Source of the DNA: a virus
Length of the DNA stretch: 64,000 nt
Strand: one strand, 5' to 3'
Virus record (IMG/VR): IMGVR_UViG_3300030419_007002
Location: 32,001-96,000 of that record
Shown here: piece by piece, positions 27,303 through 37,115 of the stretch
Position numbering within the stretch: position 1 is the stretch's first letter
Layout: every line of letters begins with the position of its first letter
Made by a program: the position numbers and the translations under genes
Notes under the pieces: model-generated
What the model saw: the letters and a program-made list of their open reading frames with translations, nothing else
What the model was told of the DNA's origin: nothing
The model's database searches: none

Positions 27303-27722
27303 ATGAGACTGTACAATATAAAGGGGAGGCTTCAAAGCAGGAATGTCTCCAAGTATCTCATAGACTGGGATGGAAAATCTAGGTCAAAAATACAATTCTC
27401 AGTAAAACAATTCTTAAAATCATTCTGGAAGAATCAAATAGTTTATGAAGAGTTCCCCGTATACGGGACAAGGCTCAAGGTAGATATTTTAAATGCTACA
27501 AAGAAAATAGCGATAGAAGTACAAGGTAAACAACATAGTGAATTTAACAAATTCTTTCATAAAAACAGTGCATCTAATTACCTTAGCTCTATAAAAAGGG
27601 ACGTACAGAAAAGAGAGTGGCTTGAATTAAATAATTTTAAAATACTCGAGATAGAACAAGAGGATATAAACCAACTTTCTTTAGAATATATAGAAAAAAC
27701 ATTTAATGTCTCTATTTTATAA
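27303..27722 (+). CDS. Vsr/DUF559-like PD-(D/E)xK endonuclease
   Basis: YEEFPV...VD......IAIEVQGKQH...RD..K..W...N.F..LEI. Confidence 0.75.
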   Translation: MRLYNIKGRLQSRNVSKYLIDWDGKSRSKIQFSVKQFLKSFWKNQIVYEEFPVYGTRLKVDILNATKKIAIEVQGKQHSEFNKFFHKNSASNYLSSIKRDVQKREWLELNNFKILEIEQEDINQLSLEYIEKTFNVSIL

Positions 27723-27737
27723 ACAGTGTAATCCATA

Positions 27738-28037
27738 TTGGTGAAAAATAATAAATTTGTATTCCCGAAGCAAATCCTAGACCAAATAAATGAGTGCTCT
27801 AATGGAGGATTTATTCTATTTACTCTAAATGACGAAGGTTTACCAGAAGTACATAGCGACTTCGATAATCCTATTCATGCTATGGCTTTACAATATTATG
27901 TTAACAATTGGTCAAAAGCGGTTGAAATGCTGAACACTGAAGCGACCACGTCTTCATTAGAACTTCAAGAGATGCCTCCACCAGATGAAGAAAGTGAGAT
28001 TGAAGAACCAGAAGACAATGACGAAGATTGCATTTGA
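27738..28037 (+). CDS. Hypothetical protein with acidic tail
   Basis: 99-aa ORF before dnaB; E/D-rich C-terminus. Confidence 0.6.
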   Translation: MVKNNKFVFPKQILDQINECSNGGFILFTLNDEGLPEVHSDFDNPIHAMALQYYVNNWSKAVEMLNTEATTSSLELQEMPPPDEESEIEEPEDNDEDCI

Positions 28038-28133
28038 CTTTTAGCTCACTTTATAATATCTTTCATAAGATTTTGCGACAAATTGTCCCCTCAAAAAAAT
28101 GGGACTTACTGGTTGATGATATTATAATACGGC

Positions 28134-29633
28134 ATGAGCAACATATATTCCTTACAACTCGAAAAGCATGTCCTTGGAGGACTGATTAATCACCCCGACG
28201 TTTTCCCCGAAGTAGATAAATTTTTATCTGAATCAGACTTCTTTAGCGAAGTACATTATACAATTTTTTGCGTTATAAGAAAATCACTTTCAAAAAACGA
28301 GAAGGTAGATAAGGTCATCTTGGCTGACCAACTTAAGAACTGGGGGATCAAATATAACGGAGATTTAGACATCTACGAATACATAGATGGCATAGCGTTT
28401 ACTCAAATCAAGAAAAGCGCAGTTATACAAGCGGTAAAAGACCTCAAAAAGTACTCCCTCAGGAGGGACTACGAAAAAATCGGAGAAGAACTTAAGGATT
28501 CCATGCGCAAAAATGGAGAAAAAAAGTTCGAAGAGATTATAGAAAGTGCAGATAAAGTATGCAACCAATTAGTTACGAAATACACTGAGGCAGAAGAACC
28601 CACGAAGCTAACCACGGGATTAGTAGACCTCCTAGAAGACAGGGGGAATAACCCAGTCGAAGAAATAGGCCTAGCCACCCCATTCAAATGCTTAAACGAA
28701 ATGTACGGAGGGTTAAGGGTGGGGCAAGCCTTCGCAATAGCAGCTAGACCAAAGCAAGGCAAAAGCACCTTCCTTAACCAAGTAGCCTTCGAGACGGCAA
28801 GGATAAATAAATGTAAAGTTCTTTTCCTAGACACAGAAATGGCAACGGAGGAAGTAAAATTCCGAAGGTCAGCAGCTTTAACAGATATAAATCCTTGGTG
28901 GCTAGAAACAGGCAACTGGAGAAAAAATGAAGAGATGGTTAAAAAGGTTCGTTCGTGTGAGGGCTTGAAAGAGGATCATGATGTTTATCATCTTTACATT
29001 GGCAACATGAGCGTTGACAAGATTTGCTCTCTAATAAGAAGGTTTAAATATAACCACGTGGGCAGGGGCAATAATTTTTTAGTAGTTTATGATTACCTAA
29101 AAATAACCGGAGAAAAACTATCGGATTTTAACAAGGAATACCAAGCGATAGGTGATAAAATTAATATGCTTAAATCTGTATGCATGGAAACTGAAGCTTG
29201 CCTACTAACCGCTAACCAACTAAATAGAACCGGAGAGAACAGGGGGAGAAGGGGTGCCCAAGTAGTAGATGATATGTCTACGCTAGCTGGCTCAGATAGA
29301 TTAGCTTGGTTCGGTGGCAATATATTCATCTTCAGAGCCAAGACGGAAGATGAAGTACACCTAGATAACAGGGGCGGCATAGATCGAGGTACTCATAAAT
29401 TAATTTGCGTAGCCTCCCGTTACCAAGGCAAAAATGCAGCGGGTTTTAGGGACATGGTAACTAGGACATTAGAAGATGGCTCGCAACGAGCAGAGCCGAA
29501 TTATATTAATTTTAATATAAGTAATTTTAGGGTAGAGGAGCAGGGCACACTAGAAGACATAATCAGGAGAGAAGAGGGCATAGCAGATATATCAGACATA
29601 AGTGGAGATGACGGAGACTTTCTTTTAGAATGA
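28134..29633 (+). CDS. dnaB: Replicative helicase
   Basis: N-domain EKHVLGGL..DFF, AARPKQGKS Walker A, DTEM, VYDYLK, QLNR, SRY. Confidence 0.93.
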   Translation: MSNIYSLQLEKHVLGGLINHPDVFPEVDKFLSESDFFSEVHYTIFCVIRKSLSKNEKVDKVILADQLKNWGIKYNGDLDIYEYIDGIAFTQIKKSAVIQAVKDLKKYSLRRDYEKIGEELKDSMRKNGEKKFEEIIESADKVCNQLVTKYTEAEEPTKLTTGLVDLLEDRGNNPVEEIGLATPFKCLNEMYGGLRVGQAFAIAARPKQGKSTFLNQVAFETARINKCKVLFLDTEMATEEVKFRRSAALTDINPWWLETGNWRKNEEMVKKVRSCEGLKEDHDVYHLYIGNMSVDKICSLIRRFKYNHVGRGNNFLVVYDYLKITGEKLSDFNKEYQAIGDKINMLKSVCMETEACLLTANQLNRTGENRGRRGAQVVDDMSTLAGSDRLAWFGGNIFIFRAKTEDEVHLDNRGGIDRGTHKLICVASRYQGKNAAGFRDMVTRTLEDGSQRAEPNYINFNISNFRVEEQGTLEDIIRREEGIADISDISGDDGDFLLE

Positions 29634-30550
29634 TGGATTACAAAAACATCCTTGGCGAAATAGGCTATTCCAATATCGTGGATAACGGTAGAGAATTAAG
29701 AATGAAGCCTATCTATAGAGAGTCTAGCAGCAACACCGTGTTAAGTGTCCGCAAGGACAGCGGCTATTTTATAGATTTTAGTAAAAATATTAGTGGCTCA
29801 TTTTACGACTTGGTTAAAATATCTTTAAAGCTAAAGTCCATAGACGAAGCAAAAACTTGGGTCTCCAAGGGGAACAGTATACCAGACGCAGAGAAGATAA
29901 AGCATCAGCCCAAGATCAAAACTCAAAGAGTTTTTTCCAAAGATCCTTTGTCTAAAATTCTACCCATCCACTCCTACTGGGTAAACAGAGGTGTCCCAGA
30001 AGACGTAGTAAAAATATTTAAAGGGGGAGAAATGAGGGAAAAGGGGAAGATGAAAGACAGATATGTTTTTCCTATTTTTAACTGGAAGGATGAGCTCATA
30101 GGTATAAGCGGCAGATATTTACTAGACCTAGAAAAGGGATCCAAGATACCTAAATGGAAACATTATGGTGACAAAAGTAAATGGAATTACCCACTGTTCA
30201 TTAACAGTAAGATTATTAGAAACAAAAAGGAAGTCATCCTAGTGGAAAGCATAGGAGATATGTTGGGATTATGGAAGGCTAACCACCATAATGTTATGGT
30301 TACTTTTGGATTAGATGTCAGCGTGTCTATGATAAATACATTCTTAAAAATGGACATGAATAAAATCATTATTGCATTTAATAACGATTCAGAAAACAAC
30401 AGCGCAGGAAATGAAGCGGCAAAAAAAGCTCATAAAAAAATGCTAAAGTATTTTGACCCCCATCAATTGTCAGTAAATTTACCAGACAAAAAAGATTTTG
30501 GCGAGATGTCCATAGACGAAATTAACGCATGGGCCTCTTCAATTAACTAA
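29630..30550 (+). CDS. dnaG: DnaG-type primase with Cys-less N-terminal domain
   Basis: Y...RG, RYVFPI, G.SGR, KW, TOPRIM ILVESIGD, AFNND..GNEAA, KDFGE. Confidence 0.85.
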   Translation: MMDYKNILGEIGYSNIVDNGRELRMKPIYRESSSNTVLSVRKDSGYFIDFSKNISGSFYDLVKISLKLKSIDEAKTWVSKGNSIPDAEKIKHQPKIKTQRVFSKDPLSKILPIHSYWVNRGVPEDVVKIFKGGEMREKGKMKDRYVFPIFNWKDELIGISGRYLLDLEKGSKIPKWKHYGDKSKWNYPLFINSKIIRNKKEVILVESIGDMLGLWKANHHNVMVTFGLDVSVSMINTFLKMDMNKIIIAFNNDSENNSAGNEAAKKAHKKMLKYFDPHQLSVNLPDKKDFGEMSIDEINAWASSIN

Positions 30551-31569
30551 TGAATAATAAAGAAAGTATTTTATCTGCATCACGCATTAAAACGCTCGAA
30601 GCGTGTTCGTGGCTGTATTGGTGCAAATACAAGCTCAAACTGCCTGAGAAGACCAATTCCGGCGCATTAAGGGGCACTATATGCCATCTTATCCTAGAGC
30701 TTCTCCTCAAAAAAAGACATAAAAAACATTATAATTTAATAATTAAAGAAGGACATATAAAGGCTAGTAGCTCCGTAGATAAAGTAGTTAAAAAATACCT
30801 CAAGAAGCACAAGCTTTTAGACTCAAACGAAGACGAGGATCACTACGGACTTTGTAGCGATATGATTTTAGTTGGGCTTAAAAATGATTTCTTTAGCGAG
30901 GGCGGAAAGATCTTAGACCCTGAATATGAATTCCTATTAGAGAGTGAAGACCCACCATATAAAGTGATGGGGTTTATGGATAAAACAGTTACCTATAGCA
31001 AGAAAAAAGAAATCTTAATATCCGATTATAAAACCAGCAAGAGTAAATTTTCTGGAGAAGATTTAGATTCTAACTTACAAGGATTAATTTACAGCCTAGC
31101 TGCAAAAAAGATATGGCCTAAACTTAAATCTTCCATAAGGTTCATATTCTTAAAATTCCCCAAAGACCCACTGCAAGAGTTATCCTTTAAAGATTCTCAG
31201 CTTAGCGGGTTAGAATATTACTTAGCTCATGTTTTTAAAATTATAAATAATTTCTCGGAAGAAACAGCCTCTACAAATTATGCGGCAGATCAGCCTATGC
31301 CCCCTAAAGGGGGAGGCTTTAAAGGCCCACTGAACTGTGGCTTCGCCAAGAGGAAAGGTCAACTCAAAAAAGATGGCTCACTCATGTGGCATTGTCCGTT
31401 TAAATTTGATTTTGAATATCATGCTCTTGTCAACGAGCTCGGAGAAACCATATCCTCAGCCTTCGATGAGGATAGCTTACCCACCCCCAAGGACGGCGAA
31501 TCCATAGTTAAAAAGAAGTACGATGGATGCCCCAGACATAACAATAAAAATGATGATTTTGATTTTTAG
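30550..31569 (+). CDS. Cas4/RecB-like PD-(D/E)xK exonuclease
   Basis: LSASRI...C, GT..H..LE, E, GFMD, DYKTS, Q..IY, C-terminal Cys residues. Confidence 0.85.
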   Translation: MNNKESILSASRIKTLEACSWLYWCKYKLKLPEKTNSGALRGTICHLILELLLKKRHKKHYNLIIKEGHIKASSSVDKVVKKYLKKHKLLDSNEDEDHYGLCSDMILVGLKNDFFSEGGKILDPEYEFLLESEDPPYKVMGFMDKTVTYSKKKEILISDYKTSKSKFSGEDLDSNLQGLIYSLAAKKIWPKLKSSIRFIFLKFPKDPLQELSFKDSQLSGLEYYLAHVFKIINNFSEETASTNYAADQPMPPKGGGFKGPLNCGFAKRKGQLKKDGSLMWHCPFKFDFEYHALVNELGETISSAFDEDSLPTPKDGESIVKKKYDGCPRHNNKNDDFDF

Positions 31570-31572
31570 AGC

Positions 31573-31601
31573 TTGACTTTCTTCTGCTTTTAGTTTATCA
31601 T
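31573..31601 (+). promoter_or_regulatory. Sigma70-like promoter, likely leaderless transcript
   Basis: TTGACT-17 nt-TATCAT, ATG 6 nt downstream (31608). Confidence 0.7.
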
Positions 31602-31607
31602 TAGTAA

Positions 31608-32363
31608 ATGAGTGTTTTACCGTTATTTAAGTCACATTATTCCTTAGGTAAAAGCATATTAACCTTAGAAAGCCCAGAGTCAGTATACCCAGAAGGCCCT
31701 GACTCCATTATAAAGATATGCAAAGACAATGAAATATCCTCTTTCTTCTTGATAGAAGATAATATGAGCAGCTTCCTTCAGGCCTATAAAAATTCCTGCC
31801 TAGAAAACATAAAGTTTAACTTTGGTTTAAGGTTAACCGTATGTAATGACATGGAAGCAAAAAACCAAGACGAATTAACTAAATCCTGCAAGTATGTTAT
31901 TATTGCAAATAATGATGAGGGGTACAGAAAGTTAATAAAAATTTATTCTTTAGCTTCTCAGAGGGGCTTCTATTATGAGCCAAGAATAGATTTTAAAAAT
32001 TTAAAATATATTTGGTCAGAAAAAGACTTGACACTGTGCGTTCCATTTTACGATTCTTTCTTGCACAAGAACTCTTTGCATGATCATATATGTCAACCAG
32101 ATTTTGATTTTACTTCTCCAGTTTTTATGGATGAAGATAATGATAATTTTATTGATATTTTAATCAAAAATAAGATCAGAGATTTTTGTAAGGATAAATA
32201 CGAAGTCCTAGATGCTAAAAGTATTTTTTATCATAAAAGAGAAGATTTTAAAGCTTACCTGACCTTCAGGTGCATTAACCAAAGAACTACCTTGGACAAA
32301 CCAAATTTTGACCATATGACCTCTAGAGAGTTTTGCTTTGAAAGCTGGAAGGAAAAAGTATAA
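31608..32363 (+). CDS. Stand-alone PHP domain of DNA polymerase III alpha (degenerate metal site)
   Basis: SHYSLGKS, IKFNFG, IIANNDEGYRKLIKIYS...GFYYEPRID typical of DnaE PHP. Confidence 0.85.
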   Translation: MSVLPLFKSHYSLGKSILTLESPESVYPEGPDSIIKICKDNEISSFFLIEDNMSSFLQAYKNSCLENIKFNFGLRLTVCNDMEAKNQDELTKSCKYVIIANNDEGYRKLIKIYSLASQRGFYYEPRIDFKNLKYIWSEKDLTLCVPFYDSFLHKNSLHDHICQPDFDFTSPVFMDEDNDNFIDILIKNKIRDFCKDKYEVLDAKSIFYHKREDFKAYLTFRCINQRTTLDKPNFDHMTSREFCFESWKEKV

Positions 32364-33001
32364 TGGACGAACACCTTTTAAGATTTGACGAAGAGAAAAC
32401 CTTGGTTTTTATAGACCTAGAAACATTTAATTTATGTTTAAGCTTCGAACATAATCTTCCGTGGCAAGTAGCCATGATTAAAATAGAAGGAAAAAAGAAA
32501 GTATCCGAAAAAAACTTTTTTATTAAATGGGATACGAAACTAAAAATCGGGAGTGAGGCAGCAAGGATAACCAACTACAACCCCAAGGTAGTAAAAGACA
32601 AAGGTCTGAAGCCGGACGAGGTGTTCCCCACTATAGAAGACTGGCTAGATAATGCGGATTATATATTAGGCCACAATATCATAGGTTTTGATATGTTTTT
32701 AATTAAAGATTTTTATAAATACATGGGTAAAGACTGGTCTCACTTAATGGACAAAATGATAGACACCAACTGTCTAGCCAAGGGTATTAAAAACGGTATT
32801 TTTTATGATGGAAAAGAGTCTCTCTGTGAATACCAATACAGAATGTACCACAAGAGGGTTAAAGGGGTCAAAACGAACCTAGATGCTCTGTCTAAAGATT
32901 TTGATATTAAATATGACAAAACGAAAAGGCACGATGCACTCTATGATTTAGATCTTAACGTCAAAGTATGGGATAAATTAAAATGGCAGGTGGAAATTTG
33001 A
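32363..33001 (+). CDS. DEDDh 3'-5' exonuclease (DnaQ/epsilon-like)
   Basis: ExoI IDLET, ExoII GHNIIGFD, ExoIII HDALYD. Confidence 0.9.
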   Translation: MDEHLLRFDEEKTLVFIDLETFNLCLSFEHNLPWQVAMIKIEGKKKVSEKNFFIKWDTKLKIGSEAARITNYNPKVVKDKGLKPDEVFPTIEDWLDNADYILGHNIIGFDMFLIKDFYKYMGKDWSHLMDKMIDTNCLAKGIKNGIFYDGKESLCEYQYRMYHKRVKGVKTNLDALSKDFDIKYDKTKRHDALYDLDLNVKVWDKLKWQVEI

Positions 33002-35625
33002 AAACTACATTAGAAAAAAAATCCAAAGGATACTCTTTACCCATGCACGGGGTAAGGTTGCCTTCCTTTAGTATTGATATTGAGGATAAACGCGCTATCG
33101 GTGCGAGCGAAGATTGCTCTAATTATGATTTTCTTCGCACCCTATCCGCAAAGACTTTTAAAGAAAAGATTGCTCCGAACCTAAACAAAAAAGAAGCTCA
33201 AGAATATAAAGATCGAGCCAAATACGAACTAGAAACCCTTAAGGATTTAGATTTTATTGACTACATCCTCTTGGTGTGGTATGTATGTAGGTACTGTGAT
33301 AAAAATAAAATCGAAAAGGGGTTAGGGAGAGGTAGCGCGGCGGGTAGTTTGATCCTTTACCTAATAGGGGTCACAGGTATTGATCCAATTAAGCATGGTT
33401 TATTTTTTGAGAGGTTCGTTTCCAAGGTAAGGGCTAAAAAAGAAGTTCATGATGGTGTTGTTTATTTAGATGGCTCATTAATGGCTGATATTGATTTGGA
33501 TATTTGTTATTATGACCGGCAAAAAGTTTTAGATCACCTAGAAGAAAAGTTCAAAGGTAAAACATCCAAGATACTTACGCTTAATACCCTTAGCTCTAAA
33601 CTTCTTATAAAAGAATGCGGAAAAATAACAGGTCATTCATCGAAAGGCGACATTGGAATTCCATTGACCGAAGCAGAAATGAATAAAGTGTCAGCAATGA
33701 TCCCGAAGATATACGGCAATGTTACTGACATTCAGGAGGCGTATTCAGAAGTACCAGAATTTAAAGAGTGGTGCGACGAACACGAGGAGGTGTACAAAAT
33801 AGCACTAAAACTAAGAAATCTAATTAAGAACAAAAGCGTTCACCCATCTGCCATAGCTCTTTCTTATTCTGATCTTGAAGACTCCTGCCCGACAGAGTTA
33901 TGTTCGGACAAGGTAAGCACTGTATCTTCTTATGACATGAATTGGATGCAGCTTTTCAATGTTAAACTAGACGTATTAGGCTTGAGATGCGTATCTGTGG
34001 TATCTAAAGTATGCGAAAGGATAGGCGTTAAGAAGGAAGATCTCATCCCTTATGTCAATGGAGAGCATAAAGATTCTTACGATAAAATATATGCCCACCT
34101 CCAACAGTTAAGGTCTAAACATGGATTATTCCAAATAGAAGCAGACACAGGCTTTAAAGTATGCAAGAGCATTAAGCCAAAAAATCTAGAACAACTAAGT
34201 GCCGTGTTAGCTATCGCTCGTCCGGGGGCGCTTCAGTTCGAGCAAACTTATGCTGATTGGGCTAATGGAGGGGAGTATCAAGCTATCCATCCATTCTTTG
34301 ATGATATTTTGTCTGCGACCGGAGGCGTTGCTTTATACCAAGAGCAGTTAATGAAAATGGCACACAAAGTCGGATTCACCCTAGATGAAGCGGAGATCCT
34401 CAGGAGAATTGTGGGCAAGAAAAAGGTTTCAGAGGTTCGCAAATGGAAAAAGAAAATTAAAGACAAGGTAAAAGAAAATAATCTAGACCCCAAAATCTCT
34501 GATATTCTGTGGCAAATCCTAGAGGACTCAGCCAATTATTCTTTTAATAAATCTCATTCGATAGCCTATGCTGCGCTATCAGCAATAACCGTTTATCTTA
34601 AGTTTAATTATCCTAAAGAATTTTTCTTAGAACTGCTTAGGATGACCAAGCATGAACCAGACCCAACTGAAGAAATTTCATATATACAAAAAGAACTTTA
34701 TTCTTTTGGTATTAAGTTGTTAAGACCTCATATTGTAAAATCTAAAGATGATTTTTTTATTGAGGATAATAATATCAGATTTGGCCTTCTGTCTATTAAG
34801 GGCATCTCAGAAAAATCTATTGATAAAATTAAAAAGTTCAGACCAGAGAAAGAATACTCAAATAAATTTGAGATTTTTCAAGCAGCAGAAGAAGCTGGCC
34901 TGAATATAGGAACTCTCTCCGCCCTCATACAAGCAGGAGCCCTAGAAGGGGGATACAATCAATCCAGAAGCAAGGTAGTATTAGAATCTCAACTGTGGAA
35001 GATCTTAACCCCGAGGGAAAAACAAAGGTGTTTAGTCTTGGCAGAAGAAAAAGATAATGATTTAATTAATATAATTAATTCGTTAAAAACCCCGAGTGGA
35101 GAAGGTGAAAAACCCTTCATTAAAGAATCCAGATACGGAACTATAAAAAGAAAATACGTACCCTATGTTCAAATATATAAGCAAAATAGTAAATACGAAA
35201 ATTTTGCTAACTGGTATTATGAAAATAAATTATTAGGATACACCCATGGACAGTCCTTAAAATCTATTTTTCAAGATGAAATACCTAATTTAATTTATGT
35301 TTCTGACCTAGAGGATGAACCAGATAACGCAAGGGTAAAATTAATGGCCTATGTTGGCAAAAAAAGTTGGACAGGCACATCTAAAAACGGTAATAATTAC
35401 TATAAATGCAATATCCTAGATGAGACAGGGTCTTACCAAGCTATGATCTTCGATACCAAAAACAGAAAACTTCTCTCTCAATGCAGGGATGCGAACGGAG
35501 CACTACCGAAAGAAGGTAATATCGTTTTCGTAGCGGGAGCAAGAAAAGATGGCGTTATTTTTGCTGATAAAATCACCATACAAGATTTAAAAATATATAC
35601 CAAACTATCAGAACTCAAAGAATGA
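32983..35625 (+). CDS. dnaE: DNA polymerase III alpha catalytic core lacking the PHP domain
   Basis: GRGSAAGSL, FFERF, DIDLD, KLDVLGL, FQIE, RPG, YQEQ, YSFNKSHS, RFGL..IKG, C-terminal OB fold. Confidence 0.95.
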   Translation: MAGGNLKTTLEKKSKGYSLPMHGVRLPSFSIDIEDKRAIGASEDCSNYDFLRTLSAKTFKEKIAPNLNKKEAQEYKDRAKYELETLKDLDFIDYILLVWYVCRYCDKNKIEKGLGRGSAAGSLILYLIGVTGIDPIKHGLFFERFVSKVRAKKEVHDGVVYLDGSLMADIDLDICYYDRQKVLDHLEEKFKGKTSKILTLNTLSSKLLIKECGKITGHSSKGDIGIPLTEAEMNKVSAMIPKIYGNVTDIQEAYSEVPEFKEWCDEHEEVYKIALKLRNLIKNKSVHPSAIALSYSDLEDSCPTELCSDKVSTVSSYDMNWMQLFNVKLDVLGLRCVSVVSKVCERIGVKKEDLIPYVNGEHKDSYDKIYAHLQQLRSKHGLFQIEADTGFKVCKSIKPKNLEQLSAVLAIARPGALQFEQTYADWANGGEYQAIHPFFDDILSATGGVALYQEQLMKMAHKVGFTLDEAEILRRIVGKKKVSEVRKWKKKIKDKVKENNLDPKISDILWQILEDSANYSFNKSHSIAYAALSAITVYLKFNYPKEFFLELLRMTKHEPDPTEEISYIQKELYSFGIKLLRPHIVKSKDDFFIEDNNIRFGLLSIKGISEKSIDKIKKFRPEKEYSNKFEIFQAAEEAGLNIGTLSALIQAGALEGGYNQSRSKVVLESQLWKILTPREKQRCLVLAEEKDNDLINIINSLKTPSGEGEKPFIKESRYGTIKRKYVPYVQIYKQNSKYENFANWYYENKLLGYTHGQSLKSIFQDEIPNLIYVSDLEDEPDNARVKLMAYVGKKSWTGTSKNGNNYYKCNILDETGSYQAMIFDTKNRKLLSQCRDANGALPKEGNIVFVAGARKDGVIFADKITIQDLKIYTKLSELKE

Positions 35626-36533
35626 AAATATTAGTTACAGGAGGCGCTGGCTTCATAGGCAGTCATTTAGTAGACCGCTTACACTTGTCGGGTCACGACG
35701 TCGTTGTCGTCGATAATGAATCTGCAGAATCGAATGAAAGATTCTACTGGAAAAAGCGTGGCGTTAAAAATCTAATGGAGAGCATAGAGCATCAAGACTC
35801 TATGGAGTTTATCTTTAGGCAAGAAAAACCAGATGCCGTTTGCCATTTAGCCGCAGAGTCGAGAATCCAAAAAAGCCTAAAAGAACCCTCCAAAGTTTGT
35901 TCTGTAAACTACGTAGGAACTGCTAATTTATTAGAGGCTTGCAGGAACCATGGCGTTAAACGATTCATTTTTTCATCCACATCTTCGATATACGGAATAA
36001 GAAATAAGATTCCGCTTAGAGAAGATATGCCAGCAGATTGCCTAACCCCTTATTCCATAAGTAAATTAGCTTCTGAAAGTTTATGTAATTTTTTTTACGA
36101 GAACTATGGGATAGAAACCATCTCCTTAAGATACTTTAATGTTTACGGAGACAGACAACCGCTCAAAGGAATTTATGCTCCAGTTATAGGACTTTTCTTA
36201 AAGCAAGCCAAAGAAGGAAAGCCAATGACTATAGTCGGAGACGGAGAGCAGACAAGGGATTTTACCCGTGTAGAAGACATAGTGGAAGCGAACGTATTAG
36301 CGCTAACGACCGAGAACGATAAGACATTTGGTGAAGTTTTTAATATAGGAACAGGCAAGGCCTACAAGGTCAATGAAATTGCCGAAATCATTGGTGGCGA
36401 GGTAGAGCATATTGCACCCAGACTAGGGGAGGCGCGACACACCCTTGCGGACACATCCAAGGCTAAAGAAATGCTGGGCTGGAGTGCTTCCAAAAATCTT
36501 GAAGATTATTTAAAAAATGAGTTGACTTTTTAA
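35622..36533 (+). CDS. NAD-dependent NDP-sugar epimerase/dehydratase
   Basis: TGGAGFIGSH, HLAA, SS..IYG, YSISK, RYFNVYG, GDGEQTRDF. Confidence 0.92.
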   Translation: MKILVTGGAGFIGSHLVDRLHLSGHDVVVVDNESAESNERFYWKKRGVKNLMESIEHQDSMEFIFRQEKPDAVCHLAAESRIQKSLKEPSKVCSVNYVGTANLLEACRNHGVKRFIFSSTSSIYGIRNKIPLREDMPADCLTPYSISKLASESLCNFFYENYGIETISLRYFNVYGDRQPLKGIYAPVIGLFLKQAKEGKPMTIVGDGEQTRDFTRVEDIVEANVLALTTENDKTFGEVFNIGTGKAYKVNEIAEIIGGEVEHIAPRLGEARHTLADTSKAKEMLGWSASKNLEDYLKNELTF

Positions 36534-36549
36534 CAAAGTTTGTTAATAT
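36522..36549 (+). promoter_or_regulatory. Sigma70-like promoter, likely leaderless transcript
   Basis: TTGACT-16 nt-TAATAT with TGn, ATG 5 nt downstream (36555). Confidence 0.65.
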
Positions 36550-36554
36550 TAATT

Positions 36555-37112
36555 ATGATACAATTTTACAAACCGAACGCAAAAAACACTGGCTCCGCTT
36601 GCTCTTTTTGGGTTAATAGAGATGGTTCAGTTATGGCCTCGTTAATTAAACAAGCCTCTTGGGACAGTCAGAGAAAGATCGGGTCTTTTTCTAAAAATAA
36701 GGAGAACCCTAAAGGGCGAGTTATTACTAAATTATCTCGTACTGAGGTCGGTGGAATTCTTGACTCTATTGAATCTAATAGGGAATTTTCTGCTTACCAC
36801 AGCAGTCAGAAGCAGGTGGTTCAAATGAAGTTCGGCCCATACATGAGGGGTGATTCCCAAGTAGGCTTCTCTTACTCCGTTAATAAACAAGATAAAGAAG
36901 ACTCCACCTTTAAGGCTAGCTTTGTTATTGGATTTACTTTTCCAGAAGCTAGGGTTCTAAAACATGATTTGCAAAATTTTTTAGATAAAACAGCCCCGAG
37001 CCTTCAAAATAATCAAGAGGAAGAGTCACCGGTAAAGGTGGTAGACCTAGAAGAACCACCTCAAGCTCAAGCTCAATCGAGCGAGAATAGTGACGAAGAA
37101 ATTCCTTGGTAA
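36555..37112 (+). CDS. Putative single-stranded DNA-binding protein, Whirly/PC4-like fold
   Basis: FYK, KLSRTEVGGI...F..YH, FTFPEARVL pattern; acidic tail ending SDEEIPW like the SSB C-terminus. Confidence 0.6.
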   Translation: MIQFYKPNAKNTGSACSFWVNRDGSVMASLIKQASWDSQRKIGSFSKNKENPKGRVITKLSRTEVGGILDSIESNREFSAYHSSQKQVVQMKFGPYMRGDSQVGFSYSVNKQDKEDSTFKASFVIGFTFPEARVLKHDLQNFLDKTAPSLQNNQEEESPVKVVDLEEPPQAQAQSSENSDEEIPW

Positions 37113-37115
37113 GGT

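Noticed and set aside
27099-27335. 78-aa minus-strand ORF
   Set aside because: Antisense shadow of the tmRNA 3' end (GGSGGNRTRV is the reverse complement of the T arm)
32330-33010. Programmed frameshifts fusing PHP, exonuclease and DnaE
   Set aside because: Junctions look like ordinary coupled starts (TAATG, short overlap) with no clear slippery heptamer plus structure
1512-35625. Inteins or introns in nrdA, recA, dnaB, dnaE
   Set aside because: Protein lengths are normal and no C...HN splice junctions or homing endonuclease motifs were seen
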